A stretch of 64,000 nucleotides of DNA. It comes from Acidobacteriota bacterium. Its GTDB lineage: Bacteria > Acidobacteriota > UBA6911 > RPQK01 > JAPXNP01. How positions within the stretch are numbered: position 1 is the stretch's first letter; every line of letters starts with the position of its first letter. A program made the translations under genes and the position numbers. The notes beneath the pieces were generated by a model. The model made no database searches and was not told the origin of the DNA. It saw nothing but the letters and a program-made list of their open reading frames with translations. This document shows, in pieces, positions 18,940 to 28,278 of this stretch. Location of the stretch: positions 2,651-66,650 of the forward strand of contig JARRKC010000014.1 in assembly GCA_037388505.1 (NCBI GenBank), written 5' to 3'.

Positions 18940-20202
18940 TCAGGTATGAGGCCCGGCATTCAAATCCGGCGCATCCGGGCCACGTTGTGATGGCCGGCCG
19001 AAGCGCCGCTCGACATATTCTTCCAGGATCTGCAGGAAGTCCTCGGCGATCCGAGGTCCCTTGAGGGTCCGAAAATGCTCGCCATCCACGTAGACAGGCG
19101 CCTTGGGGTCCTCCCCCGTCCCTGGCAGGGAGATTCCGACATCAGCGTGCCGAGACTCCCCCGGCCCGTTCACAATGCAGCCCATGACCGCGACCTTCAA
19201 TCGTTCGACACCAGGTCGTTCGAATCGCCATCGGGCCATGGACTGGTCAAGCCTCTCATGAATGTGAGAGGCCAACTCTTGAAAGAAGTTGCTCGTCGTC
19301 CTCCCACATCCGGGGCAAGCGCTGACCTGAGGCGCAAAATAGCGAAGGCCGAGCACCTGCAACACCTGCCTGGCGATGCGCACCTCTTCGCACCGGTCAC
19401 CACCCGGTTCGGGTGTCAGACTGACACGGATGGTGTCACCGATTCCTTCAGTGAGAAGAATGGAGAGAGCGGCCGCGCTGGCCACGGTTCCGCGCATTCC
19501 CATGCCCGCTTCCGTCAGGCCCAGATGCAGGGGGTAGTCACAGCGCTCGGCCAGCTCGCGATAGACTTCGCAGAGTTCGGAGACCGAGGAGACCTTGGCA
19601 CTGAGGATGATGCGGTCGTGTGCCATGCCAATCGACTCGGCGCAGGCGGCGGACTCGAGACAGCTTCGGATCATCGCCTCCCGTAGAACCGACTCGGCCG
19701 TCTTCGGTTGCTCGAGACGGGCGTTTTCGTCCATGAGCCGTCCCAAGAGCTTCTGATCCAGCGAGCCCCAGTTGACTCCGATGCGCACCGGCTTATCATG
19801 CTCGAGCGCGACCTCGATCATCTGGGCGAAGTTCTTGTCCCAGTGCCGTCCCATGCCGACGTTCCCGGGATTGATGCGATACTTGTCCAGCGACGCGGCG
19901 CAGTCGGGATAACGGGTCAGTAGAAGATGGCCGTTATAGTGAAAATCTCCGACCAGGGGCACGTTGATGCCCTGCCCCCGCAGGCCGTCCACGACCTCCG
20001 GAACGGCAGCCGCCGCTTCCTCGGTGTTGACCGTCATCCGAACGATCTCGGAACCCGCTTCTGCCAGGGCCGCGACCTGATCGATCGTCGCTTCGACATC
20101 GGCCGTGTCCGTATTGGTCATGGACTGCACGACAACCGGGCGGCAGCCACCGATGGGGACACCTCCGACCTGGACTTCGACTGCGTTCCGTCTGCGCGAC
20201 AT
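18940..20202 (-). CDS. ispG: 4-hydroxy-3-methylbut-2-en-1-yl diphosphate synthase (flavodoxin)
   Basis: 420 aa; GcpE family. Cys ligands of the [4Fe-4S] cluster (ACPGCGR..., CIVNGPGE). Confidence 0.9.
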   Translation of the reverse strand: MSRRRNAVEVQVGGVPIGGCRPVVVQSMTNTDTADVEATIDQVAALAEAGSEIVRMTVNTEEAAAAVPEVVDGLRGQGINVPLVGDFHYNGHLLLTRYPDCAASLDKYRINPGNVGMGRHWDKNFAQMIEVALEHDKPVRIGVNWGSLDQKLLGRLMDENARLEQPKTAESVLREAMIRSCLESAACAESIGMAHDRIILSAKVSSVSELCEVYRELAERCDYPLHLGLTEAGMGMRGTVASAAALSILLTEGIGDTIRVSLTPEPGGDRCEEVRIARQVLQVLGLRYFAPQVSACPGCGRTTSNFFQELASHIHERLDQSMARWRFERPGVERLKVAVMGCIVNGPGESRHADVGISLPGTGEDPKAPVYVDGEHFRTLKGPRIAEDFLQILEEYVERRFGRPSQRGPDAPDLNAGPHT

Positions 20203-20340
20203 CGTCCAATTCTACACCAGAGAACGGTGTCAGACGGACCGGCTCCGGCTCCTCCAACTGGTTGCCGCATCACCGGTTAGAGGACGCGCCTCTCAGCGTT
20301 CCCGGTTGCCACAATCTCGGCAGCCGGACAAGCGTGGACG

Positions 20341-20369
20341 CTTATCCTACTCGGAACTCGGAACTCGAA
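20341..20369. repeat. 3.5 units of the 9-bp GAGTTCCGA/GAGTTTCGA tandem repeat family (present here as the reverse complement)
   Basis: ctcggaactcggaactcgaaactcggaac, read directly. Lies between the GerMN gene stop and the ispG start. Confidence 0.6.
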
Positions 20370-20380
20370 ACTCGGAACAC

Positions 20381-20890
20381 TCAAGGCTGGAGCGCCGTGG
20401 CTTCCTGGCCCTCCACCGTAATCCTGACGTGCCGCACGCTGTCGAACTGCAGCAGAGTCTGTTCGACCTGCGCGCGGATCGCCTCGACCCGGCACGACCC
20501 GGCCACTCCTTCATCGAAGGCTCGGCCGAAGTCGACCCACGCTGTTCCATCCCGTATCTCCAGCCTCCTCACCGCAACGTCACGGTTGAGGGACGTGAAA
20601 TAGCCTTCGCGAAGTTCTTCCGGAGTCGGACCTCTGAGGAGCTGCTCGATGGCCGCCCGGGCCACAGCATCGGTGGCAACGACCGAACGCCGAACGGCAA
20701 AGACATGACTGCAGTTCAGTTCCTGGGGATCACGCTTCGAGTTCCCGAAGAAGACCTCCAGCTCCACACTCCCGCTCGTGACGCCGGAGCTCGCGACCTG
20801 ACCCCGATGAAACCACCAGTAAACAAGCATCGAAGCGATGGCGAGAACCGCGACCAGAGCAACAATCTGCCACGTACGGCCCGCCTTCAT
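20381..20890 (-). CDS. GerMN domain-containing lipoprotein/membrane-anchored protein
   Basis: Start chosen at internal Met (MKAGRTWQIVALVAVLAIASML) with AGGA 7 nt upstream. C-terminal region resembles a GerMN domain (spore germination/sporulation-like fold). Confidence 0.5.
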   Translation of the reverse strand: MKAGRTWQIVALVAVLAIASMLVYWWFHRGQVASSGVTSGSVELEVFFGNSKRDPQELNCSHVFAVRRSVVATDAVARAAIEQLLRGPTPEELREGYFTSLNRDVAVRRLEIRDGTAWVDFGRAFDEGVAGSCRVEAIRAQVEQTLLQFDSVRHVRITVEGQEATALQP

Positions 20891-21016
20891 CCGAGATTCC
20901 TTTCGACTAGGGCGCCGGCTGGTGCGCCTTCGATTCGTCTTGGTCATCTAGGTGAGTAAGTTCATGGAATCACGGTGCCGCGGGGGCCCCCAATCGGAAA
21001 TCGTAAACTGTCCATC

Positions 21017-22177
21017 TCAAATTCGTCGTCTGCTGCTGAAAAACTCCTCCAGCCGGTCCATCCCCAGCTCGAGCTTCTCCATCGAAGTCGCGTAGCAAAG
21101 GCGAATGTACCCCTCGCCCCCGCGGCCGAAGTCGATACCCGGCGTCACAGCGACTCCTGCCTTCTCGAGAATCTCGAAAGCCAGTTCATAAACATTCTCG
21201 GTGAACGGACTGACGTTCAGAAGCAGATAGAACGCGCCCACTGGATGACCCGCTACCCGGAGTCCCGCCCGCCGAGCCCGGTCGATCAGGAAGCGACGGC
21301 GTCGATCGTACTCCAGCCGCATCCGTTCAATGTCCTGTCCGGCATCGGTCAGCGCCGACAGAGCGGCCAACTGTGAGAAGTCCGGGGCCGAGATGAACAG
21401 ATTCTGTTGCAGTTTCTGCAGCGTTCGTACCATTCCCTGCGGCACCACCGCGAAACCGAGCCGCCATCCCGTCATGGCAAAGAGCTTGGAAAAACCGCCG
21501 ATGATGATGCATTCCGAAGAGACTTCGAGCATCGACGTGGCGCGTCCCTCGTAGGTCAGACCGTGGTAGATCTCATCGGAGACAATACTCAGGCGACCCT
21601 CTGCCAGTTCCGTCAGACGGCCCAGGTTCTCCTCTGCTGCCAGAGTCCCCGTCGGATTGGAGGGTGAGTTCAGGATCAGAGCCCGGGTCCGTTCTGTGAT
21701 CTTCCCACTCAACCGATCCGGGTCGAATTCGAAGTTTTGCTTCTCCTCCACCCGCACACCGAGGGGCACTCCGTCGAACGCCTGGACGAACTTCGGATAG
21801 CAGGGATAGCCGGGGTCCGGAACCAGCACTTCGTCTCCGGGGTCCAGCAAGGCGGCGAAGACGAGAAGCATGGCTCCCGAACTGCCCACCGTGACGACGA
21901 CCCGCTCCGGAGAGATGTCGACGCCATAGAGCTGAGCGTACCTGGAGGCGATCGCCTCCCGAAGCTCCCAGCGACCCAGAGAGTGGGTGTAGTGGGTGTG
22001 TCCGTCGCGAATTGCCCGGATGCCGGCTTCCCGAATCACGGCGGGAGTCTCAAAGTCCGGTTCGCCGACCTCCAGATGGATAATCTCCCGCCCTCGGGCT
22101 TCCAGCTCCAGGGCCCGCTCCAGCACCTCCATGACTATGAAGGGCCCAATCCGCGCCGCTCGCTTGCTCAACCTCAC
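21017..22177 (-). CDS. pyridoxal-phosphate-dependent aminotransferase, class I/II (aspartate aminotransferase family)
   Basis: 386 aa; fold-type I aminotransferase with the PLP-lysine region GFSKLFAMTGWRLG. Confidence 0.8.
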   Translation of the reverse strand: MRLSKRAARIGPFIVMEVLERALELEARGREIIHLEVGEPDFETPAVIREAGIRAIRDGHTHYTHSLGRWELREAIASRYAQLYGVDISPERVVVTVGSSGAMLLVFAALLDPGDEVLVPDPGYPCYPKFVQAFDGVPLGVRVEEKQNFEFDPDRLSGKITERTRALILNSPSNPTGTLAAEENLGRLTELAEGRLSIVSDEIYHGLTYEGRATSMLEVSSECIIIGGFSKLFAMTGWRLGFAVVPQGMVRTLQKLQQNLFISAPDFSQLAALSALTDAGQDIERMRLEYDRRRRFLIDRARRAGLRVAGHPVGAFYLLLNVSPFTENVYELAFEILEKAGVAVTPGIDFGRGGEGYIRLCYATSMEKLELGMDRLEEFFSSRRRI

Positions 22178-22208
22178 CGCTCAACCCCTTCGCAACGATT
22201 GACAGGCC

Positions 22209-22556
22209 TCACCGGTCCTTGCCCGCCCCGAGGACGGCCTCGCTCAACGTCTTCATGGAGATGTCGAAATGGGATCCGTGCCAGACCGGGCGACCGAAGC
22301 GCAGGAGTAGCGCCTGCGGAGACTGATGACGGACGTCCGTTCTCTCTGCAAGATAGTTCGACACCGGACGACATTCGATGACCGGAACGACATAGACCGG
22401 TATCGACGGGTTCTCCTCGGCAAACTGCTGCACAATCGCAAGCGCCCGGTTGCTGACAGAGCAGCGGGTGCTGTGCTTCAAGATCAGTGCAAGGGGCAGC
22501 TTCAATGCTCGATCCGCATCGGCCTGATCATGAAGTTCTTCCAGTTGAGCGCTCAC
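22209..22556 (-). CDS. YtxJ/DUF2847-like thioredoxin-fold protein
   Basis: 115 aa; LILKHSTRCSVS resembles the T-C-x-x-S motif of monothiol YtxJ-type proteins. Confidence 0.45.
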   Translation of the reverse strand: MSAQLEELHDQADADRALKLPLALILKHSTRCSVSNRALAIVQQFAEENPSIPVYVVPVIECRPVSNYLAERTDVRHQSPQALLLRFGRPVWHGSHFDISMKTLSEAVLGAGKDR

Positions 22557-22627
22557 CTGATGTTTCCCTCGGCAATCCCTTTAATACCCGGTCTCCAAAG
22601 CCATGTCCATAGGGGTCATGAACACCC

Positions 22628-23794
22628 TCAACCGGCAGAAGCATCCAGAGCATGCCCCAAATCCGCGATCAAATCCGCCGTGGCCTCAATGCCCACTGAC
22701 AGGCGGACGAGGCTGTCCCGGATTCCGAGCGATTCCCGCTCTTCGGTCGACAATGCGGAATGAGAGGTGACGGCCGGCTGGGTGATCAGTGTTTCGACGC
22801 CCCCCAGGCTCGGCGCTACCAACGGGATCGTCAGCGTAGAGAAGAACCGGTGGACCGACTCGTTGCCCCCACGAAGTTCGAAGCTCAACATCCCGCCAAA
22901 GCCCTCGAATAGAGACTTGCTGCGTTCATCCCCACAGCCTTCAAGCCCGGGATAATTGACGCGTTCCACCTGAGGATGCTTGCTGAGGAAGCGGCTGATC
23001 TCCAGCGCGCTGCGGTTCTGATGATGGACCCGGAGAACCAGCGTCTTGAGCCCTCGTTCGAGCAAGAAGCAGGCGTGCGGATCGAGGCAGCCGCCCAGGT
23101 GAAGCAATCTGCGGTTGGCCCGCGCGATGAATTCCGCCTTTCCGATCACGGCCCCGCCGACGATGTCGGTGTGTCCGTTCAGGTATTTGGTGCAACTGTG
23201 GATGACGACGTCGAATCCATGCTCGAGCGGGCGGAAATTCACGGGAGTCGCAAAGGTATTGTCGGTGACCGCCAGTAGACCATGCTCACGACAGAACTGT
23301 GTGACTGCTCCAAGATCCGGAATCTGCATGAGCGGATTCGAGACGGTCTCCACATAGAAGAGCTTCGTCGTCGGCCGCAGCAGAGATTCCCAACTCTCCG
23401 GATCCTGGGGATTCGCGAAATCGCACGAGATTCCCCAATCCGGAAAATCTCGGACGAGTAGATCGTAGGTCCCGCCGTAGAGCGTACCCTGTGCAATCAT
23501 GTGGTCACCATTCGCAACGACCGCGAGGAGCGCCGCCGAGATCGCCGCCATCCCGCTGGCCGTTACGAGCCCTGCCTCACCCGATTCGAGGTCGGCCAGC
23601 CGGCTGTGGAGTACCCGATGATTCGGCGTGTTGTTGAGTCGGATGTACCGCAGAGCCTCATACTCGGTCTGCCCCTGGTAGAGATAGGTCGAGGATTGAA
23701 AGATCGGCAAAATGACGGCATCTCCGTAACGTTCCACGTCGCCGCCATGAATGGTTCTGGTCTGAATGTCCCGCTTCGGTTTCTCCATCGTCAA
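22628..23794 (-). CDS. Cys/Met-metabolism PLP-dependent enzyme (cystathionine gamma-synthase / beta-lyase family)
   Basis: 388 aa; SCTKYLNGHTD (PLP-lysine), ...NTFATPVNFRPL... Paralogue of 47238..48416. Confidence 0.8.
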   Translation of the reverse strand: MTMEKPKRDIQTRTIHGGDVERYGDAVILPIFQSSTYLYQGQTEYEALRYIRLNNTPNHRVLHSRLADLESGEAGLVTASGMAAISAALLAVVANGDHMIAQGTLYGGTYDLLVRDFPDWGISCDFANPQDPESWESLLRPTTKLFYVETVSNPLMQIPDLGAVTQFCREHGLLAVTDNTFATPVNFRPLEHGFDVVIHSCTKYLNGHTDIVGGAVIGKAEFIARANRRLLHLGGCLDPHACFLLERGLKTLVLRVHHQNRSALEISRFLSKHPQVERVNYPGLEGCGDERSKSLFEGFGGMLSFELRGGNESVHRFFSTLTIPLVAPSLGGVETLITQPAVTSHSALSTEERESLGIRDSLVRLSVGIEATADLIADLGHALDASAG

Positions 23795-24023
23795 CTCCTC
23801 TTCTGCGGCTCTCCGGCACGCTCCTGTCGCATTCTGCCCTGGGCGATCTTCGCTGGAAAAGATCCTCTACGACAGATCGTCGACTCGCAATATACAACCT
23901 GGCGCGACCTCGTCCACCCCGTTTGCGGCCTTCGCGCATCTATTTCCTCCTCCCGGGCTCCCTTGCCCCCCTTCTCCGCCTCGATCATGCGGTCTGATCC
24001 GGAAAGCGCTACACTCGACGAAC

Positions 24024-24326
24024 ATGGCCCCGCGCGAGGACGACACGGATGAGTTCCCCGAGTCCCTGGAGTTTCCGATCGACGGAATCCTCGACCTCCA
24101 TACCTTTCGACCGTCTGAGGTTGCCCAGCTCGTGCCGGACTACCTGGAAGAGTGCCGCAGCCGAGGGATCCTCGAGATCCGAATCATTCACGGCAAAGGA
24201 ACCGGCCGGCTCCGGGACATGGTGAGGAGGATTCTGAGCAACCACCCCGCCGTCCTCTCCTTCCGCACCCCCTCCGACTCCTCCGGGTGGGGCGCCACGA
24301 TCGTGCGACTGAAGAGAGACCTCTGA
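24024..24326 (+). CDS. Smr domain protein
   Basis: 100 aa from the internal Met of track ORF 23766..24326. LDLHTFRPSEV...IIHGKGTGRLR matches the Smr (MutS2 C-terminal-like) domain. Confidence 0.65.
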   Translation: MAPREDDTDEFPESLEFPIDGILDLHTFRPSEVAQLVPDYLEECRSRGILEIRIIHGKGTGRLRDMVRRILSNHPAVLSFRTPSDSSGWGATIVRLKRDL

Positions 24327-24426
24327 GGATTTCAGACATGGAAACGTGGCTAGGATAGGCTTCTCTGGCCGGAGGCCGCGACGCCACGAGTGTTGTGCAC
24401 GCTGCGCTCCGAGGGTCAGCCGATGA

Positions 24427-24550
24427 GAACGGGAGAACCGGAGGACGGGAGAGCGGGCCCTCGGAGCTGGAATACGGGAGAGAGTTCCGAGTTCCGAGAG
24501 TTCCGAGAGTTCCGAGAGTTCAGTGTCAGAGTTCCGAAAGTTCCGGGTTG
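24427..24550. repeat. Composite intergenic repeat: 1.5 units of GGAGGACGGGAGAACC (24427..24453) followed by ~8 units of GAGTTCCGA variants (24475..24550)
   Basis: Read directly: gaacgggagaaccggaggacgggagag ... gagttccgagttccgagagttccgagagttccgagagttcagtgtcagagttccgaaagttccgggttgg. Confidence 0.75.
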
Positions 24551-24742
24551 GTCCGCTCCGTCCGCTCAGTCGACTACCCCGGATCGGTCTGGCTGTTCGA
24601 TCAGATGGACACGATGAACTCAGGGGTTTCGAGATCCGATTGAGTGATCTGTCACTTCGTCCGCCGCGTGCAGTCCGCGTGTCTCACCCATTTCCCGGCT
24701 CCCGGATCGCAAATTCGACCTCGGTTTGAGAAACTCTAAGGT

Positions 24743-26530
24743 ATGTCCGAAACGACCAAACCCATCGAGACCGGAGCCGAAGCCGTTGAGTGGGACCTGA
24801 CTGCCCTGTTCGCACGGGCGGAAGAACTCGATCAGAGCCTCGGCGAGACTGAGGAGCGAGCGTCCCGGTTCGCCGAGCGATACCGGGGAAAGGTGAGTCA
24901 GTTGACCGCGATGGAGCTCGCCGACGCACTCGCGGAGTTCGAGTCCATACACGACGTCCTGGACCGGGCCGGGACTCATGCCTTTCTCGACTGGTCCTCC
25001 AACACCGAAGATTCCGGCCGCGGCGCACGAATGCAGGCCGTAACCGAACGCGTGATTCAGATCAATCAGCAACTGATCTTCTTCGAACTCGAGCTGATCC
25101 ACACGGCCGCCGAGAAGGGTGATGCCCTGACCGGTGACGCCGCGCTTGCGCGCTATCGGCATTACATCGAGTTGCTGGGACTGAGACAGGAACATGTCCT
25201 CAGTGAACCGGAAGAGCGGATCATCTCCCTCAAGACGCTCTCCGGCGCAGGAGCCTGGTCGAGGTTCTTCGATGAGACTCTCGCAGCGGCGCGCTTCCCA
25301 CATGACGGGAAGACCCTGACCGAACAGGAGATTCTGGCGAAGCTGTACGATCCCCAACGAGAAGTCCGCCGCCGCGCCGCCGAAGCCTTCACGAGCGGCC
25401 TCAAGAACAACCTTCGGACCCTGACCTTCGTTTTCAACACGCTTCTTGCCGAAAAGGCGTCGGACGATCGTCTGCGCCGGTTTCCCGACTGGCTCTCGAG
25501 TCGCAACCTCTCCAACGAGATCAGCGATGCCGCCGTAGAGTCGCTCATCAACAGCGTCACCGACCGCTATGATCTGTCCGAACGATACTACGCGCTCAAA
25601 CGAAAGCTCCTGGGGCTGGACACCCTCTTTGACTACGACCGATACGCCCCGATGCAAGAGGTCGAAAGGCGCTACTCCTGGTCCGAGGCTCGCGATACCG
25701 TCCTGACGGCCTACCGCGATTTCTCCCCAAAGGCCGCGGACATCGCTCAAATGTTTTTCGAGAAGAGATGGATCGATGCTCCCGTTCGCCCCGGCAAACG
25801 CAGCGGTGCGTTCAGTCATCGGGGCGTTCCCCAGGTTCACCCATACATCCTGCTGAACTTCACCGGCAACACTCGGGATGTCCAAACCTTGGCCCACGAA
25901 CTGGGTCATGGTGTCCACCAGTATCTGTCCAATCCGTTGGGATCGCTGCAGGCCGGAACGCCCCTGACGACTGCCGAAACGGCCTCCGTTTTCGGCGAAA
26001 TGCTCGTCTTCGAGCGTCTGCTCAACTCCGAGTCCGATCCCCGGCAACGGCTGGCTCTGCTCATGAGCAAGATCGACGACACGATGGCGACCGTCTTTCG
26101 ACAGATCGCCATGAATCGCTTTGAGGACCGGATCCATCGGAGCCGCCGGGAAAAGGGCGAGTTGAACACCCAGCAGTTCAGCCAGTTCTGGTTCGAGACG
26201 CAAAGCGAGATGTTTCGGGAGAGCGTGACCCTGACGGATGGCTACCGGATCTGGTGGAGCTACATCCCGCACTTCGTCCATACACCGGGTTATGTGTACG
26301 CCTACGCATTCGGAGAGTTGTTGGTTCTGGCCCTGTACGCCTTGTTTCGGTCCGAACCATCCGGCTTCGTGGATCGCTACTTGCGCTTGCTGGCTGCAGG
26401 CGGTTCAGACTGGCCCCACCACCTGCTGGAACCCATGGGCGTCGACCTGCGTGACCCGGGTTTCTGGCACCGGGGTCTCGAGGAGATCGAAAAGCTCATC
26501 GCGCAAGCCGAGGAACTCGGGGAGGATTAG
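24743..26530 (+). CDS. pepF: oligoendopeptidase F (M3 family metallopeptidase)
   Basis: 595 aa; zinc motif HELGHGVH with downstream E ligand (TAETASVFGEM). Confidence 0.85.
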   Translation: MSETTKPIETGAEAVEWDLTALFARAEELDQSLGETEERASRFAERYRGKVSQLTAMELADALAEFESIHDVLDRAGTHAFLDWSSNTEDSGRGARMQAVTERVIQINQQLIFFELELIHTAAEKGDALTGDAALARYRHYIELLGLRQEHVLSEPEERIISLKTLSGAGAWSRFFDETLAAARFPHDGKTLTEQEILAKLYDPQREVRRRAAEAFTSGLKNNLRTLTFVFNTLLAEKASDDRLRRFPDWLSSRNLSNEISDAAVESLINSVTDRYDLSERYYALKRKLLGLDTLFDYDRYAPMQEVERRYSWSEARDTVLTAYRDFSPKAADIAQMFFEKRWIDAPVRPGKRSGAFSHRGVPQVHPYILLNFTGNTRDVQTLAHELGHGVHQYLSNPLGSLQAGTPLTTAETASVFGEMLVFERLLNSESDPRQRLALLMSKIDDTMATVFRQIAMNRFEDRIHRSRREKGELNTQQFSQFWFETQSEMFRESVTLTDGYRIWWSYIPHFVHTPGYVYAYAFGELLVLALYALFRSEPSGFVDRYLRLLAAGGSDWPHHLLEPMGVDLRDPGFWHRGLEEIEKLIAQAEELGED

Positions 26531-26567
26531 TTCCGAGTTCCGAGTTTCGGGTTCCGGAGCTCGGAAC
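26530..26567. repeat. GAGTTCCGA-family units forming an inverted repeat (TTCCGAG...CTCGGAA), a candidate bidirectional terminator between convergent pepF and DAHP synthase
   Basis: gttccgagttccgagtttcgggttccggagctcggaac has a 7-8-bp stem. No T-tract follows, so the terminator role is uncertain. Confidence 0.4.
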
Positions 26568-26601
26568 AGTCTCACTTCGCCCCTCGCCCTTCACACTTTC
26601 T

Positions 26602-27969
26602 TCAGTGGTTGTTGTTGAAGCGCGTCATGAGGCGGGCGATCAGCATGGCCGTCTCGAGGGCCTGCTCGTAGTTCAACCGCGGATCCACGTGAGAGCGGTA
26701 GGCCCGGCTCAGATCCGCTTCCTTTAGCCCCCGAGCCCCTCCGATGCACTCGGTGACATTCTCGCCCGTGAGTTCGAAATGGACTCCCCCGAGATAGGTC
26801 CCCATCTCTTGATGGATCCGGAAAGCCTGCTCGAGCTCTGCGAGAATCTTCTCGAAGTCCCGCGTCTTCTTTCCAGACGCGGTCTTCTCGGTATTACCGT
26901 GCATGGGATCGCACACCCAGAGGACCAGCCGGCCGTTCCGTTCGATCGCTTCGACGAGAGGCGGCAGACCCCGCGCGATCCCATCGACACCAAATCGATG
27001 AATCAGGGTCAGTCGGCCGGGTTCGTTGTTGGGATTCAATACCCTGGTCAGTTCGACCAGTTCCTCCGGTCCGATGGAACCTCCGATCTTGACGCCGATC
27101 GGATTCGCGATACCGCGGAAGAAATCCACGTGAGCCCCATCCAGATTCCGAGTCCGGTTTCCGATCCACGGCATGTGGGTAGAGAGATCGTACCAACCGG
27201 GGCGGTGCGGGACGTGGCGTGTCTGAGCCTGCTCATAGTACAGATGCAGCCCCTCATGGCTGGTGTAGAAATCGACCCGTTTGAATTCATCGACGCGGCT
27301 GCCCAGGATCGTCTCGAGAAAGTGCACCGAACCGGTGATCGACTCGACGATGCGCCGGTATTCGGCAGCCTCGGGTGAGTGAGCCACGAAATCCAAATCC
27401 CAGTATTCCGGATGGTGGAGATCCGCAAAACCTCCGTCCAGGAGTCCCCGTATGAAATTCAGGGTCAATGCGGCACGTTCGTAGCCCCGCAGCATGAGTT
27501 CGGGATTCGGAATCCTGTCATCCTCGGTGAACGCATAGCGATTGATCAGGTCTCCGCGATAACTCGGGAGCTTCCGGTTCCCTTTCGACTCGAAGTGGGA
27601 CGACCGCGGCTTTGCATATTGACCGGCAATCCGACCGACTCGGATCACGGGCTTTCTTCCGCCCACGACCAGGATCAGGCTCATCTGAAGAAGAATCTTC
27701 AGCTTGTTGGCGATGATGGAAGAGTTGCAGTCGTCGAAGCTCTCGGAGCAGTCTCCGCCTTGGAGCAGGAATCTGCGTCCTTGAGCAGCCTCTGCAAGCT
27801 GTGACTTGAGCGATTCCACTTCCCAGCTGGTCACCAGCGGGGGGAGCTTGGTCAGTTCCTGGACGGCCCGATCGCGTACCGCAGGATCCGGGTACTCGGG
27901 CATTTGTGACACCGGACATTGCTGCCATGATGTCGGTGACCAAGGTTTGATTGCAGCACTGCTCGCCAC
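26602..27969 (-). CDS. 3-deoxy-7-phosphoheptulonate (DAHP) synthase, class II
   Basis: 455 aa; class II signature regions (LLQGGDCSESF, ...KPRS..., C-terminal barrel). Confidence 0.85.
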   Translation of the reverse strand: MASSAAIKPWSPTSWQQCPVSQMPEYPDPAVRDRAVQELTKLPPLVTSWEVESLKSQLAEAAQGRRFLLQGGDCSESFDDCNSSIIANKLKILLQMSLILVVGGRKPVIRVGRIAGQYAKPRSSHFESKGNRKLPSYRGDLINRYAFTEDDRIPNPELMLRGYERAALTLNFIRGLLDGGFADLHHPEYWDLDFVAHSPEAAEYRRIVESITGSVHFLETILGSRVDEFKRVDFYTSHEGLHLYYEQAQTRHVPHRPGWYDLSTHMPWIGNRTRNLDGAHVDFFRGIANPIGVKIGGSIGPEELVELTRVLNPNNEPGRLTLIHRFGVDGIARGLPPLVEAIERNGRLVLWVCDPMHGNTEKTASGKKTRDFEKILAELEQAFRIHQEMGTYLGGVHFELTGENVTECIGGARGLKEADLSRAYRSHVDPRLNYEQALETAMLIARLMTRFNNNH

Positions 27970-28038
27970 GGACTGAAGTCTACCAGAAAGGGCTCTCGGC
28001 CCGCAGGCTACATCAGAGGCTCGAGTGCCTACGCTGCG

Positions 28039-28150
28039 GCTTTGCGCGAGGTCGAGTCGCCGAGGCTACGCACTGCCCCCGAGCATCAACCCAAATTCGG
28101 GCTGAGACCATTTGGGCAACACGCCGGCGCGTTCAGAACTCCCAAGTGCT
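28039..28150. repeat. Copy 2 of the ~115-bp dispersed intergenic element (see 5135..5252)
   Basis: ctttgcgcgaggtcgagtcgccgagg...ccaaattcgggctgagaccatttgggcaac. Lies in the divergent DAHP synthase / alcohol dehydrogenase promoter region. Confidence 0.55.
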
Positions 28151-28278
28151 TCTCTTTCCGTCGGTCTAAACAAAGCCCACAACAACGCGGCCGCGCCTCT
28201 CCCTGAACCCCAATGAGCGGCAATTTGTTCGGAAACTCGCTAACATGATTTCAAATCGAAACTTAGGGAGAAATCATT

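Noticed and set aside
23795-24023. SAM or T-box riboswitch upstream of the first metB-like gene
   Set aside because: Could not find the conserved SAM-I (GAGGGA...GCCC...) or T-box elements by eye. Only a GATC-centred near-palindrome was seen (noted within a finding).
24620-26281. 553-aa minus-strand ORF
   Set aside because: Antisense to pepF, whose HELGHGVH zinc motif and length are diagnostic.
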